Of a stretch of 39,797 nt of DNA, positions 31,853-39,797 are shown piece after piece. Numbering within the stretch: the first letter of the stretch is position 1; the number at the start of each line of letters is the position of its first letter. A program made the position numbers and the translations under genes. The stretch is from an uncultured Steroidobacteraceae bacterium (GTDB taxonomy: Bacteria > Pseudomonadota > Gammaproteobacteria > Steroidobacterales > Steroidobacteraceae): NCBI GenBank assembly GCA_964488605.1, contig CAZAWM010000001.1, forward strand, positions 1 through 39,797, read 5' to 3'. Under the pieces are notes generated by a model. That model worked only from the letters and a program-made list of their open reading frames with translations. It made no database searches and had not been told where the DNA came from.

Positions 31853-32600
31853 AAAGCTCGCCGAGGGCACGCTGATCTCGCATCTGCTAGAGCTGCGGGA
31901 TCGGCTCATGAAGGCGTTCCTCGCCGTGCTGCTCTGTTTCATACCCTGCGCGATGTTCGCCAACGAACTGTTCACCTTCATCGCGCAACCGCTCATCGAC
32001 CAGCTGCCGCAGGGCGCCTCGCTGATCGCGACCAACGTGATCTCGCCGTTCATGACGCCGTTCAAGCTGGCGTTCTACGTCGGCCTCGTCATCGCGATGC
32101 CCGTCGTGCTTTATCAGGCCTGGGCATTCATCGCGCCGGGGCTCTACCGGCACGAGAAACGCTTCGCGCTGCCATTACTGATCTCGTCGGCGTTTCTGTT
32201 CTATGCCGGCATCGCGTTCGCCTACTTCGCGGTGTTTCCGGTGATGTTCGGTTTCTTCGCCAGTACCACGCCCGAGGGCGTGCGAATGATGACGGACATC
32301 GCCAGTTACCTGGATTTCGTGATGACGATGTTCCTGTGTTTCGGCGTAGCGTTCGAGATGCCGATCGCGGTCGTGCTGCTGACGCTGACCGGCATGGTCA
32401 GCGTCGAGAAGCTCGCTTCGATCCGCGGGTACGTGCTGATCGGCATCTTCGTCGTCGCCGCCTTCTTGACCCCGCCGGACGCGATCTCGCAGACCATCAT
32501 GGCCGTACCGATGTACCTGCTCTACGAGGGCGGCATGGTTCTCGCGCGCGTCATGGCGAGGATGCGCCGTTCGGACGCAGCGGACGAAGTACAGGCCTGA
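31833..32600 (+). CDS. tatC: Twin-arginine translocase subunit TatC
   Basis: 255 aa with six TM segments. N-terminus LISHLLELRDRL. Overlaps tatB by 20 nt. Confidence 0.94.
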   Translation: MAAEEPEKLAEGTLISHLLELRDRLMKAFLAVLLCFIPCAMFANELFTFIAQPLIDQLPQGASLIATNVISPFMTPFKLAFYVGLVIAMPVVLYQAWAFIAPGLYRHEKRFALPLLISSAFLFYAGIAFAYFAVFPVMFGFFASTTPEGVRMMTDIASYLDFVMTMFLCFGVAFEMPIAVVLLTLTGMVSVEKLASIRGYVLIGIFVVAAFLTPPDAISQTIMAVPMYLLYEGGMVLARVMARMRRSDAADEVQA

Positions 32601-32723
32601 ACCGAAGCGCGAACCCAAGGCCGTGCGACGCCGCCCTCGGGCTCCTTGCCGCGTGCTGGCACGATGCCTCACACTGATATCTTCGTGGCGCTGCGGCGCT
32701 GCCTCCTGCACCGGACAACAACA

Positions 32724-34217
32724 ATGAACACGAGCACCGGCCCGGCCGCTGCTGACACGGGCTTCTTCGGTCATCCGCGCGGCCTCGCCACGCTTTTCTT
32801 CACTGAAATGTGGGAACGATTCACCTACTACGGCATGCGCGCGCTGCTCGTGCTGTTTCTGGTCGACGCGGTCAGCCGCGGCGGCTTCGGCTTCGACGAC
32901 AGGACCGCAACGGCGATCTATGGTCTCTACACCGCCGCGGTCTACCTCGTCGCGCTGCCTGGCGGCTGGGTCGCTGACCGACTGATCGGCGCGCAGAAGG
33001 CCGTGCTGTACGGTGGCCTGCTGATCGCGCTCGGCAATATCACGCTGTGGCTGTCGGCGACGCCGTCGATGTTCTACCTCGGGCTGATGGTGATCATCGT
33101 CGGCGTCGGCCTGCTCAAGCCGAACATCTCGGCCATCGTCGCCGAGCTCTATCCGGAGGGCGGTGGGCGTCGCGATGCCGGCTTCACGATCTTCTACATG
33201 GGGATCAATGTCGGCGCCTTCATCGGACCACTGATCACTGCCTGGCTCGCGCAGCAGTATGGCTGGCGCGCCGGCTTTCTCGCCGCCGGCATCGGCATGC
33301 TGCTCGGTGTCGCGCAGTTCCTCGTCACGCGCCGGCATCTCGGCAGCGCCGGTGCCGTGCCGCACGCCGCGGCCGGCGCCGACCCGGCGGCCGCCTGGAG
33401 GTGGCTCTGGCTCGGCAGCGCGATCGCGGCGACACTCGTCGCGCTGCCTTTCCTCGGTATCGTGCGCGTATCGCCGGTGCAGCTGCAGAATGCCGGCATC
33501 TACGTGATCGTCGTTATGGCGGCCCTCTACTTCGTCTACCTTCTGTTCTTCGCGGGGCTCGACGGGGTCGAGCGTCGGCGCGTTCTCGTGCTGGTCGTGC
33601 TGTTCTTCGCGTGCGCTCTGTTCTGGGCGGGCTTCGAGCAGGCCGGCTCGTCGCTGAACCTGTTCGCCGAGCGCAACACCGACCGCGACGTCGGCGGCTT
33701 CGAAGTGCCGGCGGGATGGTTCCAGTCGCTGAACGCGATCTTCATCGTCGTGTTCGCGCCGGTGTTCTCGGCGCTGTGGGTCTGGCTCGCCAGGCGCAAC
33801 ATGGATCCGTCGACGCCCGTGAAGTTCGCGCTCGGCCTGCTCGGCATGGCGTCGGGATTCCTCGTGATGGCGGCCGCCGCGAACGTGGTCGCCGGTGGCG
33901 CGCAGGCGGCGGCTTACTGGCTCGTGCTGACCTACCTGCTGCATACCTACGGCGAACTGTGCCTCTCGCCTGTCGGGCTTTCGTCCGTGACCAAACTCGT
34001 ACCGCAGCGTTTCGTCGGCCAGAGCATGGGCGTATGGTTCCTCGCGACCTCGCTCGGCAACCTCGTCGCAGGCGCGATCGCGGGCGAGTTCGACTCCGAC
34101 AATGTCGCGGTGATGCCGGGCCAGTATCTCGACATCTTCTGGTTCGGCGCGATCTCGGCGCTCGTGCTGCTGCTGATCAGCCCCGTCGTCAAGAAGTGGA
34201 TGGGAGGCGTGAAATGA
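32724..34217 (+). CDS. POT/PTR2-family proton-dependent di/tripeptide permease
   Basis: Trimmed to MNTSTGPAAADTGFFGHPRGLATLFFTEMWERFTYYGMRALL (ExxERFxYY motif), giving 497 aa. Confidence 0.9.
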   Translation: MNTSTGPAAADTGFFGHPRGLATLFFTEMWERFTYYGMRALLVLFLVDAVSRGGFGFDDRTATAIYGLYTAAVYLVALPGGWVADRLIGAQKAVLYGGLLIALGNITLWLSATPSMFYLGLMVIIVGVGLLKPNISAIVAELYPEGGGRRDAGFTIFYMGINVGAFIGPLITAWLAQQYGWRAGFLAAGIGMLLGVAQFLVTRRHLGSAGAVPHAAAGADPAAAWRWLWLGSAIAATLVALPFLGIVRVSPVQLQNAGIYVIVVMAALYFVYLLFFAGLDGVERRRVLVLVVLFFACALFWAGFEQAGSSLNLFAERNTDRDVGGFEVPAGWFQSLNAIFIVVFAPVFSALWVWLARRNMDPSTPVKFALGLLGMASGFLVMAAAANVVAGGAQAAAYWLVLTYLLHTYGELCLSPVGLSSVTKLVPQRFVGQSMGVWFLATSLGNLVAGAIAGEFDSDNVAVMPGQYLDIFWFGAISALVLLLISPVVKKWMGGVK

Positions 34218-36229
34218 GCGCCTCGCGGGGCGAGATGCCCGGCACATCGCCGGCGCCGCAGCTGACGGTGCGCGCGGTGGCGCTTGCGATCGTTCTGGCG
34301 ATGATCCTCGCGGCCGCGAACACCTACCTCGGGCTGTTCGCGGGCATGACCGTCGCCTCGGCCATTCCGGCGGCGGTGATCTCGATGGCCGTGCTGCGCC
34401 TGCTCGACCGCCGCCGCGGCGGTTCGACGCTGCTCGAGAACAACATCGTGCAGACCGGTGCCTCGGCCGGCTCCTCGATCGCTTCGGGCGTGATCTTCAC
34501 GATCCCGGCGCTGCTGATTCTCGGTCACTGGCACGATTTCTGGTCGCAGTACTGGTGGGTGCTCGCGATCGCCGGGCTCGGCGGCGTCCTAGGTGTGCTG
34601 TTCTCGGTGCCGCTGCGCCGCTCGCTGATCGTCGAGCAGAAGATGGCCTTTCCCGAGGGCAAGGCCGCCGCCGAGGTACTCCGCGCCGGCGAGCATCCCG
34701 AGCAGGGCGTGCGTCTGCTTGCCGCCGCCGCGCTCGGCGGCGGCGCCGCCAAGCTCGCCGCGGGCAGTGGTCTGCGGCTGATTCCCGACACCGCCGCCGC
34801 AGCCGGTTTCCTCGGTAACTACCTCGCCTACTTCGGCACGAATCTGTCGCCGGCCCTGCTCGGCGTCGGGTACATCATCGGACTGAACGTCGGTACCGTC
34901 GCGCTACTCGGCAGCATGATCTCGTGGAACATCGCGATCCCACTGTTCCACGCGTGGGCGCTGCCGGCGCACCCCGAACTCGCCGCCGCGATCGCCGACA
35001 GCTGCCGCGGAGCGAGCGCCGGCGAGTGCGCCGACGCGACCGCAGGCATCCTCTGGTCGAAGCAGATCCGCTATCTCGGCGTCGGTGCCATGCTGGTGGG
35101 CGGCATCTGGGCGCTCGTGTCGCTGCGCCACTCGATCGTCTCGGGCGTGCGCAGCGGACTCGCGGCGGCGCGTGCGGGCAGCAGCGGTGCCGTCGCGCAC
35201 ACCGAGCGGGACCTGCCGATGAAGCTGGTGCTGGTCGGCGTCGTACTGTTCACGCTGCCGCTCTGGGCGCTCTATCAGATCATCGTCGGCTCGCTCGGCG
35301 TCAGTCTCGTCATGGCCGTGATCATGATCGCCGCCGGCTTCCTGTTCTGCTCCGTGTCGGCCTACATGGCCGGTCTCGTCGGCTCGTCGAACAATCCCGT
35401 CTCCGGCATCACGATCGCGACCATCCTGTTCTCGGCCGTGGTGCTGCTCGCGCTGCTCGGCCGGGGCGCGTCGATCGGTCCAGTCGCGGCGATCATGATC
35501 GGCGCCGTGGTCTGCTGCGCGGCCTGCATTGCCGGCGACAACCTGCAGGACCTCAAGTGCGGCTATCTCGTCGGGGCGACACCCTGGCGACAGCAGGTCA
35601 TGTTGGCGATCGGCGCGGCGACCAGCGCGCTCGTGATGGCCCCGGTCCTGCACCTGCTGCAGCAGGCCTACGGTATCGGCGTGCCAACGGCGGCGCACCC
35701 CGATCCGCTGCTCGCACCGCAGGCGACGCTGATGGCCTCGGTCGCGAAGGGCATGTTCGGCGGCGTCTTGCCATGGAACATGGTGGCGATCGGAGCCGCG
35801 ATCGGCATCGCGGTCATCGTCGCCGACGAGACGCTCAGGCGCCGCGGCCGTTCGTTCCGCATGCCGGTACTCGCCGTTGCGGTCGGGATCTATCTGCCGC
35901 TCGAACTGATGACGCCGCTGTTCATCGGCGGTCTGCTCGCCCACCTGGCCGGTCGCGTGCTCGGTGCCGGCCGGCACCCGGAGCAGACCGAGACGCTGCA
36001 CCGGCGAGGGATGCTGTTCGCTGCCGGGATGATCACCGGCGAAGCGTTGATGGGCATCCTGATCGCTATCCCGATCGTCGGCAGCGGCCGCGCCGACGTG
36101 CTCGCGCTGCCCGACGCGCTACAGCCCGCAGGTGATAGCGGCAAGCTCACCGGACTCGCGGTGTTGGCGGCGCTCGCTCTGTGGCTTTATCGCACGGCGA
36201 TCTCGCGCACCAGCAGCCAACGATCGTGA
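34214..36229 (+). CDS. OPT-family oligopeptide transporter
   Basis: The real start is the ATG at 34214, inside the 1060-aa track ORF. It has GGGAGG 6 nt upstream and an ATGA overlap with the POT gene stop. 671 aa, polytopic, with an N-terminus typical of bacterial OPT proteins (LTVRAVALAIVLAMILAAANTYLGLFAGMTVASAIPAAVISMA). Confidence 0.85.
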   Translation: MSASRGEMPGTSPAPQLTVRAVALAIVLAMILAAANTYLGLFAGMTVASAIPAAVISMAVLRLLDRRRGGSTLLENNIVQTGASAGSSIASGVIFTIPALLILGHWHDFWSQYWWVLAIAGLGGVLGVLFSVPLRRSLIVEQKMAFPEGKAAAEVLRAGEHPEQGVRLLAAAALGGGAAKLAAGSGLRLIPDTAAAAGFLGNYLAYFGTNLSPALLGVGYIIGLNVGTVALLGSMISWNIAIPLFHAWALPAHPELAAAIADSCRGASAGECADATAGILWSKQIRYLGVGAMLVGGIWALVSLRHSIVSGVRSGLAAARAGSSGAVAHTERDLPMKLVLVGVVLFTLPLWALYQIIVGSLGVSLVMAVIMIAAGFLFCSVSAYMAGLVGSSNNPVSGITIATILFSAVVLLALLGRGASIGPVAAIMIGAVVCCAACIAGDNLQDLKCGYLVGATPWRQQVMLAIGAATSALVMAPVLHLLQQAYGIGVPTAAHPDPLLAPQATLMASVAKGMFGGVLPWNMVAIGAAIGIAVIVADETLRRRGRSFRMPVLAVAVGIYLPLELMTPLFIGGLLAHLAGRVLGAGRHPEQTETLHRRGMLFAAGMITGEALMGILIAIPIVGSGRADVLALPDALQPAGDSGKLTGLAVLAALALWLYRTAISRTSSQRS

Positions 36230-36256
36230 CGCGTTCAGCGTAATGCCGACGACGCC

Positions 36257-37207
36257 ATGAGCAGGGGGCTGCCGGGCAGGCGCGGCAGGCTGGCGCTCTG
36301 CTTCGCGATCGTCTACCTCGTCTGGGGCTCGACCTACCTCGTCACCGCCGTCGGCGTGCGCGCGATGCCGCCTTTCCTGTTCGGCGCAATGCGCTTCCTG
36401 GTCGGCGGTGCTCTGCTGTTAGGGGTAGCGCGCTCGCTGCGCAGCTTCCGCAGTCCGCAGTCGCGCGCCGAGTGGCACGGCGAGTGGCGGCACATCCTGC
36501 TGGTCGGTGCGATGGCCGTGCTGGTCTCGAACGGCTGCAACGCCTGGGGACTGCAGTACGTGCCGTCGAACCAGGGCGCGCTGCTCAACGCTACCGTCGC
36601 CTTCTGGGTGACGCTGTTTGGGCTGTTCGGCGCGCGCGCGCACCGGCCCGACCGGCGGGCCTGGACGGGTCTCGCGCTCGGCCTCGGCGGTACGGCCCTG
36701 ATCCTGCTACCACGCGCACCGACCGGAGCGACGCCGCCCTCGCCGTGGGGGCCGCTGATCCCGGAACTCGTGATCCTGCTCGGCTGCATGGGCTGGTCGC
36801 TCGGCACCGTCCTGCAGCGCAACACGCGCAGCGGCTTCGACCTGCTCAGCTTCACGGCACTGCAGCAGCTCGCCGGCGGACTAATGCTGCTCGCGATCGG
36901 CATCGGCGCGGGCGAGCTGTCCGACCGCTGGCAATGGTCCGCGGAGGCTCTCTGGGCGATGCTGTTTCTGGCCGTGGTCAGTTCCTGCATTGCCTACACG
37001 GCCTACGCGTGGCTCACCCAGAACGCAACGCCGTCTCAGGTCGGCACCTATGCGCTCGTCAATCCTGCAATCGCAACGCTGCTCGGCTGGATCGCGCTCG
37101 ACGAAGCGCTCGTCGCGACGCAATGGGTCGGCATGACCGTGATCCTCGTCGGCGTCCTGCTCGTGAACTGGCCGGGAACCACGCGACTGCGCGGCGCCGC
37201 CGAATGA
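36257..37207 (+). CDS. EamA/DMT-family transporter
   Basis: 316 aa with about 10 TM segments and two EamA-like halves (YLVWGSTYL..., ...ALVNPAIATLLGWIALDE). Confidence 0.85.
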   Translation: MSRGLPGRRGRLALCFAIVYLVWGSTYLVTAVGVRAMPPFLFGAMRFLVGGALLLGVARSLRSFRSPQSRAEWHGEWRHILLVGAMAVLVSNGCNAWGLQYVPSNQGALLNATVAFWVTLFGLFGARAHRPDRRAWTGLALGLGGTALILLPRAPTGATPPSPWGPLIPELVILLGCMGWSLGTVLQRNTRSGFDLLSFTALQQLAGGLMLLAIGIGAGELSDRWQWSAEALWAMLFLAVVSSCIAYTAYAWLTQNATPSQVGTYALVNPAIATLLGWIALDEALVATQWVGMTVILVGVLLVNWPGTTRLRGAAE

Positions 37208-37211
37208 GCCT

Positions 37212-38000
37212 CTAGCTGGTCGGGACGCAGCGCGTGACGAGCCGCTGCGATCGCTGCGCCGCGAGGTCGACGGCGGGCACCGTCTGTCGCTCCCGAGCGG
37301 GGAAGTCGATCTGCGCAACGATGTTGTTGCCGGAAGCGTCGCGGATGTTGGTCAGGCCCTTGTAGCGCATCAGCACCCGGTCACTGTCGCGGTAGCTGAC
37401 CTCGATGTATGGCAGGAACCAGCCGAGCAAGCCCGAGAGATTGAGTCGGATCACGCTCGCCGCTGCGCCTTCGATGATCTCCTCGTGATGCTTGCGGACC
37501 TTGAACGTCAGGAAGTCGAGACGGCTCGGCACCAGGAACGGGAAGCGCACCGTGCGTCCTGCCTCGAGCTCGGACCAGTGACGTCGGACGAATTCGTCGA
37601 AGCCCGCATCCGAGACGATCGCGACCTTGTCCGGTACGCGCGCACTGCGCAGAGGCGCATTCGACGACGCACGCTGGAATACCTCGAGTCCTTGTGCCGT
37701 ACGGCGCAGCCCCTCGGTGTAGCCGTTGCGGCCGTCGACCAGCGTGAACGTCGGCTCCTCGCGCACGGCGCCGTACTCGAGTTCCTTGCGAGCGAATGCC
37801 TCGGTGCCGTTCGGACAGCGATAGAGCACGACCCGCTGCTCGCCGACGGTCCCAGAGCCGCGCACGAAGTGCGACTCGATGTACAGCAGGCGGCCCGTTT
37901 CGATGTCGCGCGCGTAGCCGGTGAAGACCTGATTGGCAGCGGCGGCGCGCCCGGCGAGCAGCAGGGCCGCGAGTGCCGTCACGGTGGAGATTACTTTCAT
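37212..38000 (-). CDS. Secreted protein of unknown function
   Basis: 262 aa. Sec signal MKVISTVTALAALLLAGRAAAA. The body is probably beta-rich, and I recognise no motif. High GC3. Confidence 0.7.
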   Translation of the reverse strand: MKVISTVTALAALLLAGRAAAANQVFTGYARDIETGRLLYIESHFVRGSGTVGEQRVVLYRCPNGTEAFARKELEYGAVREEPTFTLVDGRNGYTEGLRRTAQGLEVFQRASSNAPLRSARVPDKVAIVSDAGFDEFVRRHWSELEAGRTVRFPFLVPSRLDFLTFKVRKHHEEIIEGAAASVIRLNLSGLLGWFLPYIEVSYRDSDRVLMRYKGLTNIRDASGNNIVAQIDFPARERQTVPAVDLAAQRSQRLVTRCVPTS

Positions 38001-38023
38001 GAGAGCTGGTTCGTCGCCCGCGC

Positions 38024-38398
38024 TCAGCCGGATTTGCGGCCGAGGCGCTCAATGCCGCCGGGGCCGATGAACCACGAGCCTACCCAGCCGGTGACGCTGA
38101 CCACGAGCGCCGCGAGCAGCGCGTCACCGAAGCTCGCGATGCCGAAACCCGGCAGCATCCAGGCGACGAGCGCCAGCATGCCGGCGTTGACGACCAGCAG
38201 AAACAGGCCGAGCGTCACGATCGTGATCGGAAACGTCAGGACCACCGCCACCGGCCGCACGAGGGCGTTGACGATGCCGAGCAGCAGTCCGGCGAGCAGC
38301 AGCGTCAGCGCGGAATCGATCCGCACCCCGTCGATCCAGGTCGACGCCAGCCAGAGTCCGAAGGCGGCTATGACGGTGCGCAGTACGAATCCGGTCAT
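38024..38398 (-). CDS. Phage-holin-family-4 / DUF360 (YvlD-like) small membrane protein
   Basis: The track ORF (240 aa) is trimmed to MTGFVLRTVIAAFGLWLASTWIDGVRID...LGIVNALVRPV...ITIVTLGLFLLVVNAGML, giving 124 aa. ATGA overlap with the upstream SRPBCC gene. Confidence 0.8.
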   Translation of the reverse strand: MTGFVLRTVIAAFGLWLASTWIDGVRIDSALTLLLAGLLLGIVNALVRPVAVVLTFPITIVTLGLFLLVVNAGMLALVAWMLPGFGIASFGDALLAALVVSVTGWVGSWFIGPGGIERLGRKSG

Positions 38399-38847
38399 GG
38401 GAAGGCTCCTTCGGCGTCGAGGCCTTTTTCGAGGTAGACCTTGAGCCGCGCGAGCGACAGACGCCAGCCGGCCTGGTGGTCGCGGAGCTGCCGCGCGTGC
38501 GCCGGCGCCTCGGAAAAGCCACTGCCGAGCACGCGTACCACGGTCTCCGGCGGACGCCACTCGATCATCAGGTCGTCGACGGTCGCCGACTCGCTCTCGG
38601 GCACCGCGGCGGAAGGCAGGTGGATCAGACGCAGGCGCCGCGGCGGATCGAAGACGTCGATGTGCGCGACGAGCTCGTGCTGTCGATCGAGGCTGGCCGT
38701 GAACGAGCCGCCGGCGCGCGCGCTGATGCGCGCATTCGCTGAGCACCAGCGTGCGAGCAGCGCGCTGTCGGTCAGCGCGCGCCAGACCCGCGCGGGCTCG
38801 GCCCGGATGTCGATACGCAGGGCATAGCCTCGGCTCCTCTCGGACAT
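38395..38847 (-). CDS. SRPBCC-superfamily (AHSA1/START-like) protein
   Basis: 150 aa. IDIRAEPARVWRALTDSALLARW is typical of the Aha1/polyketide-cyclase-like SRPBCC fold. Confidence 0.7.
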   Translation of the reverse strand: MSERSRGYALRIDIRAEPARVWRALTDSALLARWCSANARISARAGGSFTASLDRQHELVAHIDVFDPPRRLRLIHLPSAAVPESESATVDDLMIEWRPPETVVRVLGSGFSEAPAHARQLRDHQAGWRLSLARLKVYLEKGLDAEGAFP

Positions 38848-38898
38848 CCCGTTATTGTGCCACCGCGGTATGCTTCGGTCCCCGTGGTTTCAAAAGGC

Positions 38899-39297
38899 AT
38901 GTCCATGGCGCTGGTCTATCTCGTGCTGCTGCTCGCCCTGATCCAGTACTTCGCTTTCGGTCTCGCCGTCGGGCGCGCGCGCGGCCGTTATGGTGTCGCG
39001 GCACCCGCGACGACCGGTCACCCGGACTTCGAACGGATCTATCGCGTGCAAATGAACACGCTCGAGCAGCTCGTGCTGTTCGTGCCGGCACTGCTGCTGT
39101 TCGCCGACTTGGTCGACCCGCTTTGGGCGGCTGGGCTCGGCATGGTGTTCGTCGTCGGCCGCATGCTCTACGCGATCGGGTACGCACAGGCCGCCAACAA
39201 GCGCCACCTCGGCTTCGGCCTGTCGGCCCTGCCAGTCGTGGTGATGCTGCTCGGCTCGCTGTTCGCGGCCGGGCGCGCGGCCTTGGGCCTCTCTTAG
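38899..39297 (+). CDS. MAPEG-family membrane protein (microsomal glutathione-S-transferase-like)
   Basis: Trimmed to MSMALVYLVLLLALIQYFAF. Contains RVQMNTLEQLVLFVPALLLF and GRMLYAIGY motifs. About 132 aa with 3-4 TM segments. Confidence 0.75.
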   Translation: MSMALVYLVLLLALIQYFAFGLAVGRARGRYGVAAPATTGHPDFERIYRVQMNTLEQLVLFVPALLLFADLVDPLWAAGLGMVFVVGRMLYAIGYAQAANKRHLGFGLSALPVVVMLLGSLFAAGRAALGLS

Positions 39298-39797
39298 GGC
39301 TTCGCGGCCGACGGCAGGGCAGCGAGGCGCGTACTCGCCTTGACAGTCTGCAGCGCCAGCCGGATCTCGCGATCGCGCGCGAGCAGCGTCCGGCCCGAAC
39401 CGTCGGGCGGCAGCTCCGCCGGTGGCTCCTCGGCTCCCTCGACGCGGATGTCGGGCTCGATGCCCCGGTCGTTGATGACGGCGCCCGACGGCGTCGCGTA
39501 ATAGGACGTCGTGAGCTTGAGCGCGCGGCCATTGGCGAGCGGGATGACCGTCTGCACCGAACCTTTGCCGTAGCTGCGTCGCCCGACCACGGTCGCGCGG
39601 TGGTGGTCCTTGAGCGCGCCGGTCAGGATCTCCGCGGCCGACGCGGAGCCGCCGTTGATCAGTACCGCGAGCCGGGCACCGCCGAGCAGGTCACCGGGCG
39701 TCGCCTCCATGCGGAAACTCGCATCCGGCGCACGGCCGCTCGCGCTGACGATCAGGCCCCGCTCGAGAAACGCGTCTGCGACCTGCACCGCGGACTC
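39294..39797 (-). CDS. S41-family C-terminal processing peptidase, C-terminal part (runs off the window)
   Basis: The frame is open to the window edge. LAVLINGGSASAAEILTGALKD (catalytic Ser region) and RRSYGKGSVQTV (catalytic Lys region) are both present. Confidence 0.85.
   Translation of the reverse strand, partial: ESAVQVADAFLERGLIVSASGRAPDASFRMEATPGDLLGGARLAVLINGGSASAAEILTGALKDHHRATVVGRRSYGKGSVQTVIPLANGRALKLTTSYYATPSGAVINDRGIEPDIRVEGAEEPPAELPPDGSGRTLLARDREIRLALQTVKASTRLAALPSAAKP

Noticed and set aside
33047-34213. Upstream 389-codon extension of the OPT transporter ORF (track ORF 33047..36229, 1060 aa).
   Set aside because: The extension is Arg-rich nonsense read out of frame through the POT gene. 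A GGGAGG-ATG start at 34214 begins the hydrophobic OPT N-terminus.
32175-34247. 690-aa minus-strand ORF antisense to tatC and the POT transporter. Similar long antisense or off-frame ORFs occur at 932..2653, 9102..11021, 12009..13049, 13525..14646, 28653..30575, 34904..36001 and 34924..36135.
   Set aside because: These are classic high-GC artefacts. Their composition is extreme in Arg/Asp/Glu/His or Arg/Ala/Pro, and they have no motifs. Each lies opposite or out of frame to a gene with unmistakable homology and proper GC3.

Overview
This is a G+C-rich (roughly two-thirds by eye), very gene-dense stretch of core proteobacterial chromosome. I found no rRNA, tRNA, CRISPR array, transposase, integrase or obvious defence gene. 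The backbone is the gammaproteobacterial origin-proximal block rsmG-parA-parB-atpIBEFHAGDC-glmU-glmS, all on the minus strand. Flanking genes include rimO, dtd-tatABC, a translationally coupled POT+OPT peptide-transporter pair, cytochrome c4, an orphan TRAP binding protein, and several oxidoreductase and hydrolase genes.

Nothing here is a clear-cut new system. The unusual points are departures from the conserved synteny and a few unrecognisable proteins:
1. A roughly 261-aa polytopic membrane protein sits between parA and parB and overlaps both.
2. mnmG (gidA) is absent upstream of rsmG. In its place is a 242-aa protein I cannot recognise, joined by ATGA overlaps to an AcuI/YhdH-like reductase upstream and to rsmG downstream.
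3. An alpha-glucan phosphorylase lies between atpC and glmU, and an opposite-strand DUF1838-like gene splits glmU from glmS.
4. An S9-peptidase-like protein appears to have lost its catalytic Ser and His.
5. An ICL/PEP-mutase-family lyase, a signal-peptide-bearing Rossmann (SDR-like) protein and an MBL hydrolase form a compact cluster.

All family assignments come from reading motifs in the supplied translations. No database search was possible. Start codons were re-picked by hand where the ORF track clearly over-extended.
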